Positions 18,622-28,437 of a stretch of 64,000 nt of DNA are shown piece after piece. Under the pieces are notes generated by a model. The model had not been told where the DNA came from, did no database searches, and saw only the letters and a program-made list of their open reading frames with translations. A program made the position numbers and the translations under genes. Location of the stretch: the IMG/VR virus record IMGVR_UViG_3300027801_001565, one strand, 5' to 3'. Positions within the stretch are counted from its first letter, which is position 1; each line of letters starts with the position of its first letter. The stretch is from a virus.

Positions 18622-20274
18622 CTACCTATTGATAAGATCCTTAAGTTTTTTCTGCAATGCTACTGGATTATATTCGTCTTCCAGTAACCATACATCGCCA
18701 CCTAATACCTCAAACTCTGGTTCTCCGCCATCATATCTTATGAAAGGAGTTAGATTAGATTCTATCTCTCCAATCTGTGTTCCATATAAACCTTCTCTTG
18801 TGTTGACATCTACCATGTCTTTAAAGAACGATTGTCCACTTAGCCACCCAAAAAGAACCATACACATAACTAAATCATCGTGATAACCTTCGTCTGCTTG
18901 ATACGATTGACTCTTCTCAACAAAGGTTGATATCTCTGATATTATATGCTCATCAAAGATCAATAATTTTTGTTCCTCAAGTAAAGATTTGAATGTAAAA
19001 CACCCCTGTCTTTTAACTTGTTTAGATGTATTGACACCTAATTTAGTACTCTTTCCGAAACCTGGACTAACATACTGCCTTTGATTCTCGGTTACAGTAC
19101 TAAGTATGTTATCGTATTCTACTTCTCCATGTAGAATCTCTACTACCTGTTGGCCAATGTCATTAGTTTCAACTAAGACAAACGCATCGTTGTAGTCTCT
19201 ACCCAACTTTCCTATTATATCTGGAAACAACATAGGGGCTATTTTATTATCTCTAAACTTAGCCACTACCTCATAAGGCATTGCTGTAATATCTACAACA
19301 ACACACGCTGAATAGTCTCCACCTATACCTCTAGCAGTATCTGCTACAATAGTATAGTAATGTTTTTCTTTTGGTTCTACATATATATCTAAACCATTCT
19401 TTTGATATATTGGTTCTTTTGAACTCAATCTACCAATTGTTGTAGCATTTATTAAAGTATTTGTAGACCCTAGAAACTCACATAAAACTTCTTGATTGAA
19501 TTTAACCTCACCCAAGAGGCCTTTCTGCTCTTCCAACCACTTCTCATCTCTTCCAGGAATCTCATAGTAAGGTATGAACATGTTTTTAAACCCGTTCGTA
19601 CCCTTCTCAGATTCGTTCCAAAATTTCCAAAAGTGATTATACCCTAGTGGTGTGGACGTTAATAGTATTTTTGTTGTCTCACCCGCTGAAATTGTAGGGT
19701 ATACAGATGTAAAGAACTCATCCGCTATGTTGTTAGGTATGATTGCTGCCTCATCAATGTACAACCAGTTAACTGATTTACCTCGAATTGCTGATGCTGT
19801 TGTAGCTGCTGATAATACTTTACTATTATTCTCTAACTCAACGTCACCCTTGTTCCATACCCTAACACCTTGTTGCATCCAAAGTGGTAGATTTTCGTAC
19901 ATTATCTGGTACCTGTTAAGTACCTCTCTAGCAGCTGATGCTTTGTTAGCCATGATGGCTACTGTTTTGTCTTCTTGAAATATTGTGTAATGTAATATAC
20001 ACGCAGCTGCTGTTACAGTTTTCCCTTGCTGTCTCCCTTCCATTAAAATTACTTTTCTCTCATCCATAATGAGATCCACTTTGCCTTTTTGGCACGGGAA
20101 TAATTTAAATGGTTGTAATCCTTTGTCTAGTGTAACGATCTTTACATAGTTTTCTATAAAGTATTTTGTATCGTTCTGACATTTAATATATTCTTCGATT
20201 TCATGTTGTGTGAAATCATGTTTGTAAGCTAATGGTTTAAGATTAGGATTGCCGTGATACGATGATGCTTCCAT
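18622..20274 (-). CDS. gp17: Terminase large subunit
   Basis: RQQGKT, YIDEAA, STPLG, ADTARG.GGDYS and HDDLVM motifs; uninterrupted. Confidence 0.97.
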   Translation of the reverse strand: MEASSYHGNPNLKPLAYKHDFTQHEIEEYIKCQNDTKYFIENYVKIVTLDKGLQPFKLFPCQKGKVDLIMDERKVILMEGRQQGKTVTAAACILHYTIFQEDKTVAIMANKASAAREVLNRYQIMYENLPLWMQQGVRVWNKGDVELENNSKVLSAATTASAIRGKSVNWLYIDEAAIIPNNIADEFFTSVYPTISAGETTKILLTSTPLGYNHFWKFWNESEKGTNGFKNMFIPYYEIPGRDEKWLEEQKGLLGEVKFNQEVLCEFLGSTNTLINATTIGRLSSKEPIYQKNGLDIYVEPKEKHYYTIVADTARGIGGDYSACVVVDITAMPYEVVAKFRDNKIAPMLFPDIIGKLGRDYNDAFVLVETNDIGQQVVEILHGEVEYDNILSTVTENQRQYVSPGFGKSTKLGVNTSKQVKRQGCFTFKSLLEEQKLLIFDEHIISEISTFVEKSQSYQADEGYHDDLVMCMVLFGWLSGQSFFKDMVDVNTREGLYGTQIGEIESNLTPFIRYDGGEPEFEVLGGDVWLLEDEYNPVALQKKLKDLINR

Positions 20275-20771
20275 TATTCAACTTCACCTTCTATTGTCTT
20301 AAGGTTTTCATCCTTAAGAGCTCTTAGTAACTCCTTAGTACTGCCTACGAATAAATTGTTTGTGGTGCCTGTAGCGCCTAATTGTTTGGCCCTAGGATCT
20401 GATGCTGAGATACGTTTACTTTTCTCTTGTATCTCTAACATGTCCTTAGCTGTGTCCTGTAAGTTTTTAATTAACCCACCTGCTACTTCAAATGCACGTG
20501 GTTGATCTGAGTTTCTGGCAATGTGTAGTATGCCTTCAATAGCCTCAGCGTTATATGCCTCTGCCTGTTTTAAAATAGACCTAGCATATTGCAAATCTTC
20601 TTCTTGTTGTTGTTGGTGTAACGCTGCCTTATCCTCTTCTGTCATTACAACAGCAGGAACAGGGCGTTCTGTTTGTATTTTTCTTAGGTTCTCTTCTAAA
20701 GCTTTGGTTACTTTCTTAGTGTCAAAAGTTTCATCCAAGTCTTTAAACGTATTAGGTTTCGAAGGTTTCAT
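20274..20771 (-). CDS. gp16: Terminase small subunit
   Basis: D.QYAR, PRAFEVAG.LIK and NNLFVGSTKEL motifs. Confidence 0.92.
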   Translation of the reverse strand: MKPSKPNTFKDLDETFDTKKVTKALEENLRKIQTERPVPAVVMTEEDKAALHQQQQEEDLQYARSILKQAEAYNAEAIEGILHIARNSDQPRAFEVAGGLIKNLQDTAKDMLEIQEKSKRISASDPRAKQLGATGTTNNLFVGSTKELLRALKDENLKTIEGEVE

Positions 20772-21540
20772 CAAAAGTCTCCATAAATGTATAGTCGTCC
20801 AAAGGCGTAGCAGTTAAAGGATTAACGGAAGTTGTAAGTGTTCCTTTATCGTTTAATGTAGTGCTAAATAGTCCTTGTGGATCATTATAAACACGGGCAA
20901 TGGCAGTTTTAATAACTTCATCACTACCAACGTGGCTGTAAAAATTCAATCTCATTGTAAAATTCAATGTCCATACTACACTTAGTCTGTTTTCAAAGGC
21001 TCCCTCATACTCGTCCTCATATCCAACATTGTCTAGTGTAATTTTAATATCTCGTTTGATTCCCATTTCAGGTAAATCGTTTATTGTAACGTTAAAGTCT
21101 GGGTTGAAGTATGGAAGTACTTGTTCCAATGCTTGTAACCCATCATCTTGGTTCTTCGCAAATATATATAAAGATAAATTCATGTTAAACGGAGTGGAAT
21201 TAAATGCTACTCTTACAGTATTAACATCGTCTCCTACACCAACTGATTTGTTCTTTTGTATTACTGCTGTCTTTCTTGCTGGATCGTATTGTAATCCTTG
21301 TATTTCAAACCCCATACGAGGTAATGTAATAGCCACTTCGCCTGCTGTACTTGTATCTGTTACCCTTGCTATCCTTGTCATAAACTTTTGTTTAGTAGAA
21401 TATGCTAATGGTATGCGTAATGTCTGAGCTACTTCGCCAGCTGCGTTCTTTCTTTCAATATTTATATTATTAAATATAGTACCAAAAGCAATGATAGCCT
21501 TTCTTATGTGACTATGGTAAAATTGTTGTCCCTTAAACAT
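20752..21540 (-). CDS. gp15: Tail sheath stabilizer / tail terminator
   Basis: FYH..IRK.I.AFGT.FN, LPRMGFE and EQVLPYFNP motifs. Confidence 0.93.
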   Translation of the reverse strand: MFKGQQFYHSHIRKAIIAFGTIFNNINIERKNAAGEVAQTLRIPLAYSTKQKFMTRIARVTDTSTAGEVAITLPRMGFEIQGLQYDPARKTAVIQKNKSVGVGDDVNTVRVAFNSTPFNMNLSLYIFAKNQDDGLQALEQVLPYFNPDFNVTINDLPEMGIKRDIKITLDNVGYEDEYEGAFENRLSVVWTLNFTMRLNFYSHVGSDEVIKTAIARVYNDPQGLFSTTLNDKGTLTTSVNPLTATPLDDYTFMETFDETFET

Positions 21541-21614
21541 CTAAAAAGCTCCGTAGGTCTTATAAATTACTGTGTAATGGATATTAAGGCATACTGTATT
21601 AGCACTATTACTCA

Positions 21615-22358
21615 TTAGTTAATCTCTCCAAACGGGTTCTTCTCACTAAAGTCTAATATACCTTCAAGTGTTAATAGCCTATCAAAGTCTGCGTTGTCTA
21701 TAGGTTCAGACGTTGATGCTGAGAATGCTTCATTAAGTAATGATCCACTATCTTCCAAAGTAAATAACCCACCATCTTCTAAAAATATCTGATACTCTAA
21801 CATGTCCTGAGAGTACTTCGTTTCTATAGCATCTATTGCTGCTATACCAGTATCTAAATCTTCTGAGCTGTACTCGAATAGTTCAACTGTTATTTTAAAT
21901 ACATAAATGTTACCTGCCTGGTAAAAGGGATTTTGGAATTCAACATGCTTAATCTCAAAAAGGGATTTTGTTTTGTCAAAGTATATTAAATCGCCTTCAG
22001 AAGGTCTGGCTGTTTGTGTAAATGCGCCGCCAGTAACTTGGACCATGTCTTCCCATCGTCTCTTAGCTAGTATAAAGGTAGCTTGATCTCGGACTTCCAT
22101 TCCGAAACGTGTAAATATGTCGCCCTGTCCCTCGTACCCATTTACGTTGTCGAGATACATTTCCAAAGGATAGGCTGATGTGAATCTAGATAAGGTATCC
22201 TCATCAAAGATTGTGTTTTTGTTTACTATAGTTCTTGGTAGGTAGAATGTATCGTGGCCGTATATTTTAAGGCTCTCGATAATAAGATCTTCAATAAGAC
22301 GCTGTTCGCCTGTATTGCCTATCCCACCACCATTTTGAAAAAAGAAATTTGTAGGCAT
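21615..22358 (-). CDS. gp14: Neck protein
   Basis: EQRLIEDLIIES.KIYG, YLPR, RP.EGDLIYF and FSEKNPFG motifs. Confidence 0.93.
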   Translation of the reverse strand: MPTNFFFQNGGGIGNTGEQRLIEDLIIESLKIYGHDTFYLPRTIVNKNTIFDEDTLSRFTSAYPLEMYLDNVNGYEGQGDIFTRFGMEVRDQATFILAKRRWEDMVQVTGGAFTQTARPSEGDLIYFDKTKSLFEIKHVEFQNPFYQAGNIYVFKITVELFEYSSEDLDTGIAAIDAIETKYSQDMLEYQIFLEDGGLFTLEDSGSLLNEAFSASTSEPIDNADFDRLLTLEGILDFSEKNPFGEIN

Positions 22359-22362
22359 GTTT

Positions 22363-23340
22363 TTACCCTATCATAAACGAAGGAGGTAGCTCGTACTTTT
22401 TCTGCATCTCTAACTCTATCTGCTCTATCTCTCTAATAGCTTCGTTATAAATTGTCTCACCGTTTAATGTAACTCCGCCAGGCATTTGTACGCCAGCGAA
22501 CTTCTTGAGGTTCTCACCCCATTGTCTTTTAATTAGTGCTGTTGAATATTTCTTAAGAAACATATCATCATACACTTCATTGTATGTCGCAGGATCTACA
22601 ATAGCATATGCTTCTGCTACAATAAAGTCCCCGATGTTATATGTTTTGTCCCAATCGGTATCTACATATAGTCTGTTGGTTTTTCTGTTCCAACGTATTT
22701 GTCTTTGACTTACTAGTAACTGCTCTAATGTTGACAGATGAGATCTTACCATTGTATAGTAGATCATGTCCGCGCCCATTAAGTTATATAAGTCATTCAT
22801 TCTAAACTGATACATAAGATCAAACAGTTGTCCGTCTTTAGTAGCATTTGTAGCTGCTCCACCGAAATTAAATACTTTTGTTATTCCGATAATACCGTTA
22901 CCTATAGGTAGATATCCGTTTTCAATATCCCCTTTCTGATAAAAGTCATTAGCTGCTATAGTAGCAGTGGCACCTGATAGATGCCCTGTTACCGTCTCAC
23001 TTGCAACATAGGTGCCAGTCTGGGCGTTCTCAAAGTAAAGGAATTGTCCAGTAACATCAGTAGAATCAAACTTGGACAATGCCCCGCTTGTTCCACCTGT
23101 TAGTATGTCTCCCCTTACGAAGTTCCCGCCCAGATTAGCTGATAATTTAAGACTCGATCCAGTGACTTGATGTTTAACGTATGTTCTTTCCACACCATCG
23201 AAATGATACTCTTGGAAGAACTGAAGGGCATCATCAACTCTATCTGATACTTGGCCCTCTTCTACGTTAATCTCAATAACAGGATGCCCTAGTCTCCTAA
23301 GGCAATACTCTGTTAATTCTGTCCTACTTGATAAAGCCAT
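22363..23340 (-). CDS. gp13: Neck protein
   Basis: YCLRRLG.PVIEINV, YHFDG and KRQWG.NL.KF.GVQMPGGVTLNG motifs. Confidence 0.93.
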   Translation of the reverse strand: MALSSRTELTEYCLRRLGHPVIEINVEEGQVSDRVDDALQFFQEYHFDGVERTYVKHQVTGSSLKLSANLGGNFVRGDILTGGTSGALSKFDSTDVTGQFLYFENAQTGTYVASETVTGHLSGATATIAANDFYQKGDIENGYLPIGNGIIGITKVFNFGGAATNATKDGQLFDLMYQFRMNDLYNLMGADMIYYTMVRSHLSTLEQLLVSQRQIRWNRKTNRLYVDTDWDKTYNIGDFIVAEAYAIVDPATYNEVYDDMFLKKYSTALIKRQWGENLKKFAGVQMPGGVTLNGETIYNEAIREIEQIELEMQKKYELPPSFMIG

Positions 23341-23349
23341 TGCTTATTC

Positions 23350-25281
23350 CTAGTTTAATAATGTTCCAGCTGCATTGTATATCGAAGTACCTGTAAGTGT
23401 GGCTGTTGAGCCTTCACCTGGTGTATGTGAAACAGTAATACCGTTTCCACCTGATACTTGCGTCATAAAGTTACCTGTTGTATCCGTACCTAATGCAACA
23501 CTATTGGCTGCTATAGTTGTACTTATACTTATATTACCTGTACCATCAAAGTTTGCAGTACCTGTTACATCGCCGCTTACTGCTATTGCTCTAGCTGTTG
23601 CCAGTGCCGTAGCTGTTGCTGCTAATCCAGATGTTGACTGGTTACCGGCTGCGTTAACACCTGGCAAGTTGATCGCTGCAGTACCATCAAATGATACCCC
23701 ACCAATTGTTCTTGCTGTTGCTAATGCCGTAGCACCTGCTGCTAATGTTGAAGTTGCTGCGTTACCACTTGTTGCTTGGTTACCGGTTGCGTTAACACCT
23801 GGCAAGTTAATATTTGCAGAACCATTAAATGATACCCCGCCTATTGTTCTTGCTGTTGCTAGTGTTGTTGCTGTGCCTGCGTTACCAGTAGCTGTCCCAG
23901 CTGAACCACTTACATTACCTGTAACATCACCTGTTACGTCACCAACTAAGGTAGCGTTAAGGGTTTTGTTAAAGTTCCATCTATCGTCGGCTGAGGTATA
24001 AGTTAATGTTGCTGCTGCTCCATCGACTGTTAGTCCTCCACCGTTAGCTGCTGCTGCGTTTGCCGCACCTTGAGCTACTGTGATGTTTAGATCTGCAACT
24101 GTTAAAGTTGAAGAGCTAACTGTTGTTGTAGTTCCGGAAACTGTAAAGTCTCCTGTTACTGTTAAGTTATCTGATACTTGTACATTACCACTTCCATTAC
24201 CTGCTAATACTAAATTAGTATCTGTAGATTTTGATGTAAGTGAATCTGCCGCTAAGCCTGAACCAAATGTAATTGCATTACCTGCTGAGTTTGTGATATT
24301 GCTACCGTCCTCAATTTGTAATGTGCTTTTAACAGAAACAAGCCCTGAACCAGTAGCGTCTAATTCGACATTACCTGATCCTGATGTTTGTACTGATACG
24401 TTTTGGTTAGCATCAGCTGAGATACTAATTGTACCTGAGTTATCTTCAATAACCTTTTGTCCATTAACATACAATGAACCAGGACCTACGAATACGTCCT
24501 TCCATTGAAGTGATGAACTACCAAGACTAAATGTATCATCAGTGCTTGGGAATAGGCCTGTTGAAGTCATACTCATAACTTCTGTTCCGGCTGCGTCGAA
24601 TCTAATAGTATCTTCGTCTGCTGACTCTTCTACCTGTATTTTCGTATCGCCGTCTGCATCTTTTAAACCCTTCGCTATGATTGTGTCAAAGGTTGGTGTT
24701 GCAGTTGTTACTAAACTTTGATCTATTGCCTTCACCGCTGCTAAATCAGATAACTCGCTATCCATAAGAGCGCCTGCTGCTGTAACATTTGTTGTATCTG
24801 TTACGTCTGCTGCTGCTTCAATGGCATCTAGTTTGCTATGATCTGCTGCTGTAAAGTCATTAGTTGTTAATCCCCCATCACCTACGGTGTATGTGGTGTT
24901 AGTATCTGTTGCGTTAAGTGTTGTCCCAGTTATAGACAGGTTGCTGCCTAAATCTAAGAACGCTGTAGCGCCAGCGCTATCGTCCCAGAAGACAATTTGA
25001 TCGTCGTCTGGATCTGATAAGGATTCTAATCCTAAGTGGGATAGGTTAACCGTAACTGCTCCGCCTGTTCCTCCACCTGAAAGTCCTGTGCCTGCAGTAA
25101 CACCCGTAATATCTCCAGCTTGTATCTCTGAAAATTTTGCGAGTCTATGTCCGCCTGCTGTTGAACCGTCATGTACGAGGACTGTATCTAGCGTAGTATC
25201 TACGGAAAGCTCACCCACGGCACCTGTAAACGAACCGTTTTGACTCGTTGTGCCTCTTCTAAATTGTACCTGTGTTGGCAT
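23350..25281 (-). CDS. Fibre protein with Mtd-N-like N-terminal domain
   Basis: N-terminus QVQFRRGT...FTGA.GE..VDT...VHDG.TAGG; G/T/A/S-rich; TARTIGGVSF.G repeats. Confidence 0.75.
   Translation of the reverse strand: MPTQVQFRRGTTSQNGSFTGAVGELSVDTTLDTVLVHDGSTAGGHRLAKFSEIQAGDITGVTAGTGLSGGGTGGAVTVNLSHLGLESLSDPDDDQIVFWDDSAGATAFLDLGSNLSITGTTLNATDTNTTYTVGDGGLTTNDFTAADHSKLDAIEAAADVTDTTNVTAAGALMDSELSDLAAVKAIDQSLVTTATPTFDTIIAKGLKDADGDTKIQVEESADEDTIRFDAAGTEVMSMTSTGLFPSTDDTFSLGSSSLQWKDVFVGPGSLYVNGQKVIEDNSGTISISADANQNVSVQTSGSGNVELDATGSGLVSVKSTLQIEDGSNITNSAGNAITFGSGLAADSLTSKSTDTNLVLAGNGSGNVQVSDNLTVTGDFTVSGTTTTVSSSTLTVADLNITVAQGAANAAAANGGGLTVDGAAATLTYTSADDRWNFNKTLNATLVGDVTGDVTGNVSGSAGTATGNAGTATTLATARTIGGVSFNGSANINLPGVNATGNQATSGNAATSTLAAGATALATARTIGGVSFDGTAAINLPGVNAAGNQSTSGLAATATALATARAIAVSGDVTGTANFDGTGNISISTTIAANSVALGTDTTGNFMTQVSGGNGITVSHTPGEGSTATLTGTSIYNAAGTLLN
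23520..23885 (-). repeat. Intragenic repeat of about 41 codons (ATxLATARTIGGVSFxGxAxINLPGVNAxGNQ), two full copies plus a partial one
   Basis: gcgttaacacctggcaagtt occurs near 23650 and again near 23790. Confidence 0.8.
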
Positions 25282-25298
25282 GATTTTCTCCTAATATT

Positions 25299-25553
25299 TT
25301 AATATGTTCCGCCGTCTATGCTAGATCCATCGTCTAACGCAGAAGCTGATATTGTACCTGAAATATTCCCTACTGGAATATCCCCTGAAATGTTACCAGC
25401 TGTTGCTAGCATGAGTTCTGTACCGCCTGCGGTACTTCCATCGTGGACCCTAATAGAATTGTTTGTAGTGTTAATAGAAAGTTCCCCAACTGCACCGGTG
25501 AACGAATTGTTCTGGGTGCTGGTTCCTCTTCTAAACTGTACTGTAACTGCCAT
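25299..25553 (-). CDS. Small fibre/adaptor protein (stand-alone Mtd-N-like domain)
   Basis: Paralog of the N-terminus of 23350..25281; ends IDGGTY. Confidence 0.75.
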   Translation of the reverse strand: MAVTVQFRRGTSTQNNSFTGAVGELSINTTNNSIRVHDGSTAGGTELMLATAGNISGDIPVGNISGTISASALDDGSSIDGGTY

Positions 25554-25576
25554 AAGTTTCTCCTAGTAGTATGTTA

Positions 25577-25885
25577 TTATACGCTGCCAAGATCTTCAGT
25601 TGCCAGTCTATACTTTATGTTCGTTGATAGATCGTAAATTAAGTCTAGGTACTCGCCAAACGCATCAGTACTTAAAGCCGAAGCCACGCTTCCATAATCC
25701 CCTGTAGGGAATGTGAGAGCAAGATCTTGTTCGCCGAAGTTAGCAACTTTGATTATTGCATCATTGCTGTCTCTTGCATAAAGTGTTTTATCTACGGTGT
25801 TGATCGCTACTTCACCTACGACTAGATCACTAGTTGTTGGTACTGAACCGCTCGTTTCCGATCTTTTTAATTTAATTACTGCCAT
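25577..25885 (-). CDS. Small fibre/adaptor protein
   Basis: IKLKRS...P...L..GE.A.N..D..LY fibre N-terminal motif. Confidence 0.7.
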   Translation of the reverse strand: MAVIKLKRSETSGSVPTTSDLVVGEVAINTVDKTLYARDSNDAIIKVANFGEQDLALTFPTGDYGSVASALSTDAFGEYLDLIYDLSTNIKYRLATEDLGSV

Positions 25886-25910
25886 TTGTCTTTTCCTATT
25901 TACTTAATGT

Positions 25911-26270
25911 TTACTTTGTGTCTTTAAGTTTAGGATTAGGAATCATCGGTAACGGTCCGTCTACTTTAGGGTTGTAACCATTGGGCCTTGGAGCCCTTAC
26001 CGTTTCCGGTATTCTTGGTTTATCTACAACCTTTGCCTTCTCATCATATGAGAAGTTAGTTTCCTTTACGTTAGCCTCCGGAGCTTTTGGCTCCGGGACT
26101 TCCCTCAATTCCTGTAGTTCCTTTGTCTGTATCTGTATTGATTCAGTTAAAGCAACTACTTCCTGCTCTTTTAGACTTAATCTAGTTTTGAATAATAAGT
26201 TTTCTTGGGTCAACTCGTTAATCTTGTTCGCTAAGTTATTAATATATTCATTGACTAATTTTTCATCCAT
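25911..26270 (-). CDS. Hypothetical coiled-coil protein (possible fibre chaperone)
   Basis: Heptad-rich N-terminal half, Pro-rich C-terminal half. Confidence 0.6.
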   Translation of the reverse strand: MDEKLVNEYINNLANKINELTQENLLFKTRLSLKEQEVVALTESIQIQTKELQELREVPEPKAPEANVKETNFSYDEKAKVVDKPRIPETVRAPRPNGYNPKVDGPLPMIPNPKLKDTK

Positions 26271-26306
26271 TTCAATTACCTTAGTATTGTTTGTTAATAA
26301 TAATTA

Positions 26307-27716
26307 CTAGTAAGTACCGCCGTCAAGAGCACCAAATGCTGGTGTTCCGTCTGCGCCAGCTATCATTACTTGACCTGCTGAACCTGCTGCTGTTACTTGT
26401 AAAGCTCCTGAACCATTACCATACATAACACCTTTAGATGTAAATGTACTAGCTCCAGTACCACCGTCTGCTACTAACAAGTCTGTAATTCCTGTAATAG
26501 TACCACCTGTGATAGTAGTGTTACTATCCTCAAGGTGAGCTACAAGTGTTGCCACTGCATAGCCTGTACCACTAGTGTTAACAGTAGTTGTTGGTGCTTC
26601 TTGTAGGTCTTTAAATATTTTCCATTTACCACTATCGTTAGCATCTCTGAATAAACCACCGTGTATATCTTGCGATCCACTAGTGTCCATCAAACCATAC
26701 AAACCAATGTCGACGACATCGCTTGCACCGTTACCTGTAGCAAGAGAGATCAATGGATCTGCTACTGCTAAAGTTGTAGAGTTTACTGTTGTAGTTGTAC
26801 CTGAAACTGTTAGGTTACCTGAAACAGTAGCGTTTCCGCCAATTGTTACATCGTCTGGTAATCCAATAGTGATTGTGTTGTTTGAAACTGTTGTTTCAAT
26901 TTCGTTTGCTGTACCCACGAAGTTAAGTGTGTCAGTACCTACTGTTACAACATCATCTGAACCAGTGTCGCCACCGATTGTTAATGATGAACTTGTAGAT
27001 GCTGTCGAAACACTTGTAATACGTCCTTGTGCGTCAACTGCGATAACAGGAATAAGTGAAGCTGAACCATATGATCCTGCTGACACTGCTGTGTTATCCA
27101 AGCTGTGTGTTACTGCGTTTCCGGAAACTACTGATGTAATACCAGTTCCACCTGAAAGGGTGAATGTTTCTGAGTCTGTAATTGCACCAGTTCCAGAATC
27201 ACCGGCAATGCCGACGTCTGTCATGTGAGCTTGTGCGTCTACATAATCCTTAACAGCACCTGAGGTAGGGATAATTGTATCACTATCTGTAAGTGTTGTT
27301 TGGAATTCTGTAGCTGTAATCGTACCGTCTGAAAGTGATCCGAACGTGACTTGACCTGTCATGTTAGCTGTTGCGCCTGCAATGCTGCCAGTTACGTCGC
27401 CAGTTATGTCGCCAGTTACATTACCTGTTAAGGCTGCTGTTACTGTGCCAGCTGCTATGTTACCACTGCCGTCTCTTTTTACAAGAGTTGAAGCTGTGTT
27501 AGCATTTGTTGCTGCGTCTACGATGTCTGTGTAAAACTTACCACCGAGCTTTTGAATAACAGCGTTACCGCCACTATCAATCGACTCAGTATAAAGTATA
27601 GCACCTGCACCGGAGTTCGATCTATCTTCTGCGTAGGCCAATTCCCCTTCGAGTAGGTCTGAAGTAGCTGGAGCTGTTGAACCAGTACTTCTCTTAATCT
27701 GAATTGTTGTTGCCAT
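26307..27716 (-). CDS. Fibre protein
   Basis: IQIKRS...GELAY N-terminus; GNLTVSGTTTTVNS and AGSYGSA..IP..VDAQGRIT motifs; ends LDGGTY. Confidence 0.75.
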   Translation of the reverse strand: MATTIQIKRSTGSTAPATSDLLEGELAYAEDRSNSGAGAILYTESIDSGGNAVIQKLGGKFYTDIVDAATNANTASTLVKRDGSGNIAAGTVTAALTGNVTGDITGDVTGSIAGATANMTGQVTFGSLSDGTITATEFQTTLTDSDTIIPTSGAVKDYVDAQAHMTDVGIAGDSGTGAITDSETFTLSGGTGITSVVSGNAVTHSLDNTAVSAGSYGSASLIPVIAVDAQGRITSVSTASTSSSLTIGGDTGSDDVVTVGTDTLNFVGTANEIETTVSNNTITIGLPDDVTIGGNATVSGNLTVSGTTTTVNSTTLAVADPLISLATGNGASDVVDIGLYGLMDTSGSQDIHGGLFRDANDSGKWKIFKDLQEAPTTTVNTSGTGYAVATLVAHLEDSNTTITGGTITGITDLLVADGGTGASTFTSKGVMYGNGSGALQVTAAGSAGQVMIAGADGTPAFGALDGGTY

Positions 27717-27790
27717 TTGTCTATTCTCCTAGTTAAATGTCTAATTAATTTTGCATGTTATAATATAAAGCTTTATAATATATACGTTAA

Positions 27791-28048
27791 TTAAAACGTT
27801 CCACCATCAATAGCTGCAATGGATGCTGCAACAGCGCTTGCTGGTGATGCCTCCCAATTACCGCTTGTTGAATCGTATACCAAAGTATAACCATTCTGTA
27901 CGTCCGTCGTGTCTACTCCCTGCAAGTTATCAATCTTTTGTGCCGTAGCAACTTGAGATTGGCTTGTAGATGTAGTTATAACTCTGGTAGATCCAGTACC
28001 TACTGAAACTTTTACATTGTTACTTCCTACGCTTACATTAACTGCCAT
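27791..28048 (-). CDS. Small fibre-associated protein
   Basis: L..VD......G.TLVYD...G.W motif; ends IDGGTF. Confidence 0.65.
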   Translation of the reverse strand: MAVNVSVGSNNVKVSVGTGSTRVITTSTSQSQVATAQKIDNLQGVDTTDVQNGYTLVYDSTSGNWEASPASAVAASIAAIDGGTF

Positions 28049-28060
28049 TTGTATTCTCCT

Positions 28061-28390
28061 TTAAGCTCTGGTAACATTTGGTGTTACTGTAACCAGGCCT
28101 TCCAAAACTCTTAAAGTCTCTGTCGAACTTGCTATCTCGACATCGTAAACGTATCGGCCTGCTTTAACTGCTGCCGTTTCCGTCGCCGTGAGTGATAAAG
28201 TAACTACGCCAGTCGCATCTACTTTTGCTGTAGTAAAACTAGTAGCAGTTGTAGCATCGTATGACTTTCTCATTTGACTTGTTACTGTGTAGTAAGTCAG
28301 GTCTTTGGCTGATAAATCGTCGTTAGTAAGGTTAACAGTCATATTGAATGTTGTACCTTGGTCTAAAACAATGTTTGTCATTACTGCCAT
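28061..28390 (-). CDS. Virion structural/adaptor protein (BppU-N-like Ig fold)
   Basis: DQGTTF, QMRKSY, LSLTA.ET...KAGRYVYDVEI and RVLEG.VTV.P motifs. Confidence 0.7.
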   Translation of the reverse strand: MAVMTNIVLDQGTTFNMTVNLTNDDLSAKDLTYYTVTSQMRKSYDATTATSFTTAKVDATGVVTLSLTATETAAVKAGRYVYDVEIASSTETLRVLEGLVTVTPNVTRA

Positions 28391-28422
28391 TGGTGAGTTC
28401 TCTTTAAATTACTTGTTCTTCT

Positions 28423-28434
28423 TATTTATAAATA
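28423..28434. promoter_or_regulatory. Palindromic bidirectional late promoter
   Basis: TATTTATAAATA gives TATAAATA on both strands, between the divergent fibre and glycosyltransferase operons. Confidence 0.8.
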
Positions 28435-28437
28435 ATA

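Noticed and set aside
18590-18622. Imperfect inverted repeat after gp17 as a terminator or ncRNA
   Set aside because: Mismatched stem and no adjacent U-tract; insufficient support.
23350-25553. Diversity-generating retroelement suggested by Mtd-N-like domains
   Set aside because: No reverse transcriptase and no adenine-specific template/variable repeat pair seen; the domain is a general fibre N-terminus.
23375-27228. Long + strand ORFs (23375, 24080, 26575; likewise 42999 and 61490 elsewhere)
   Set aside because: Antisense shadows of G/T/A/S-rich or Pro-rich genes; no recognisable motifs.
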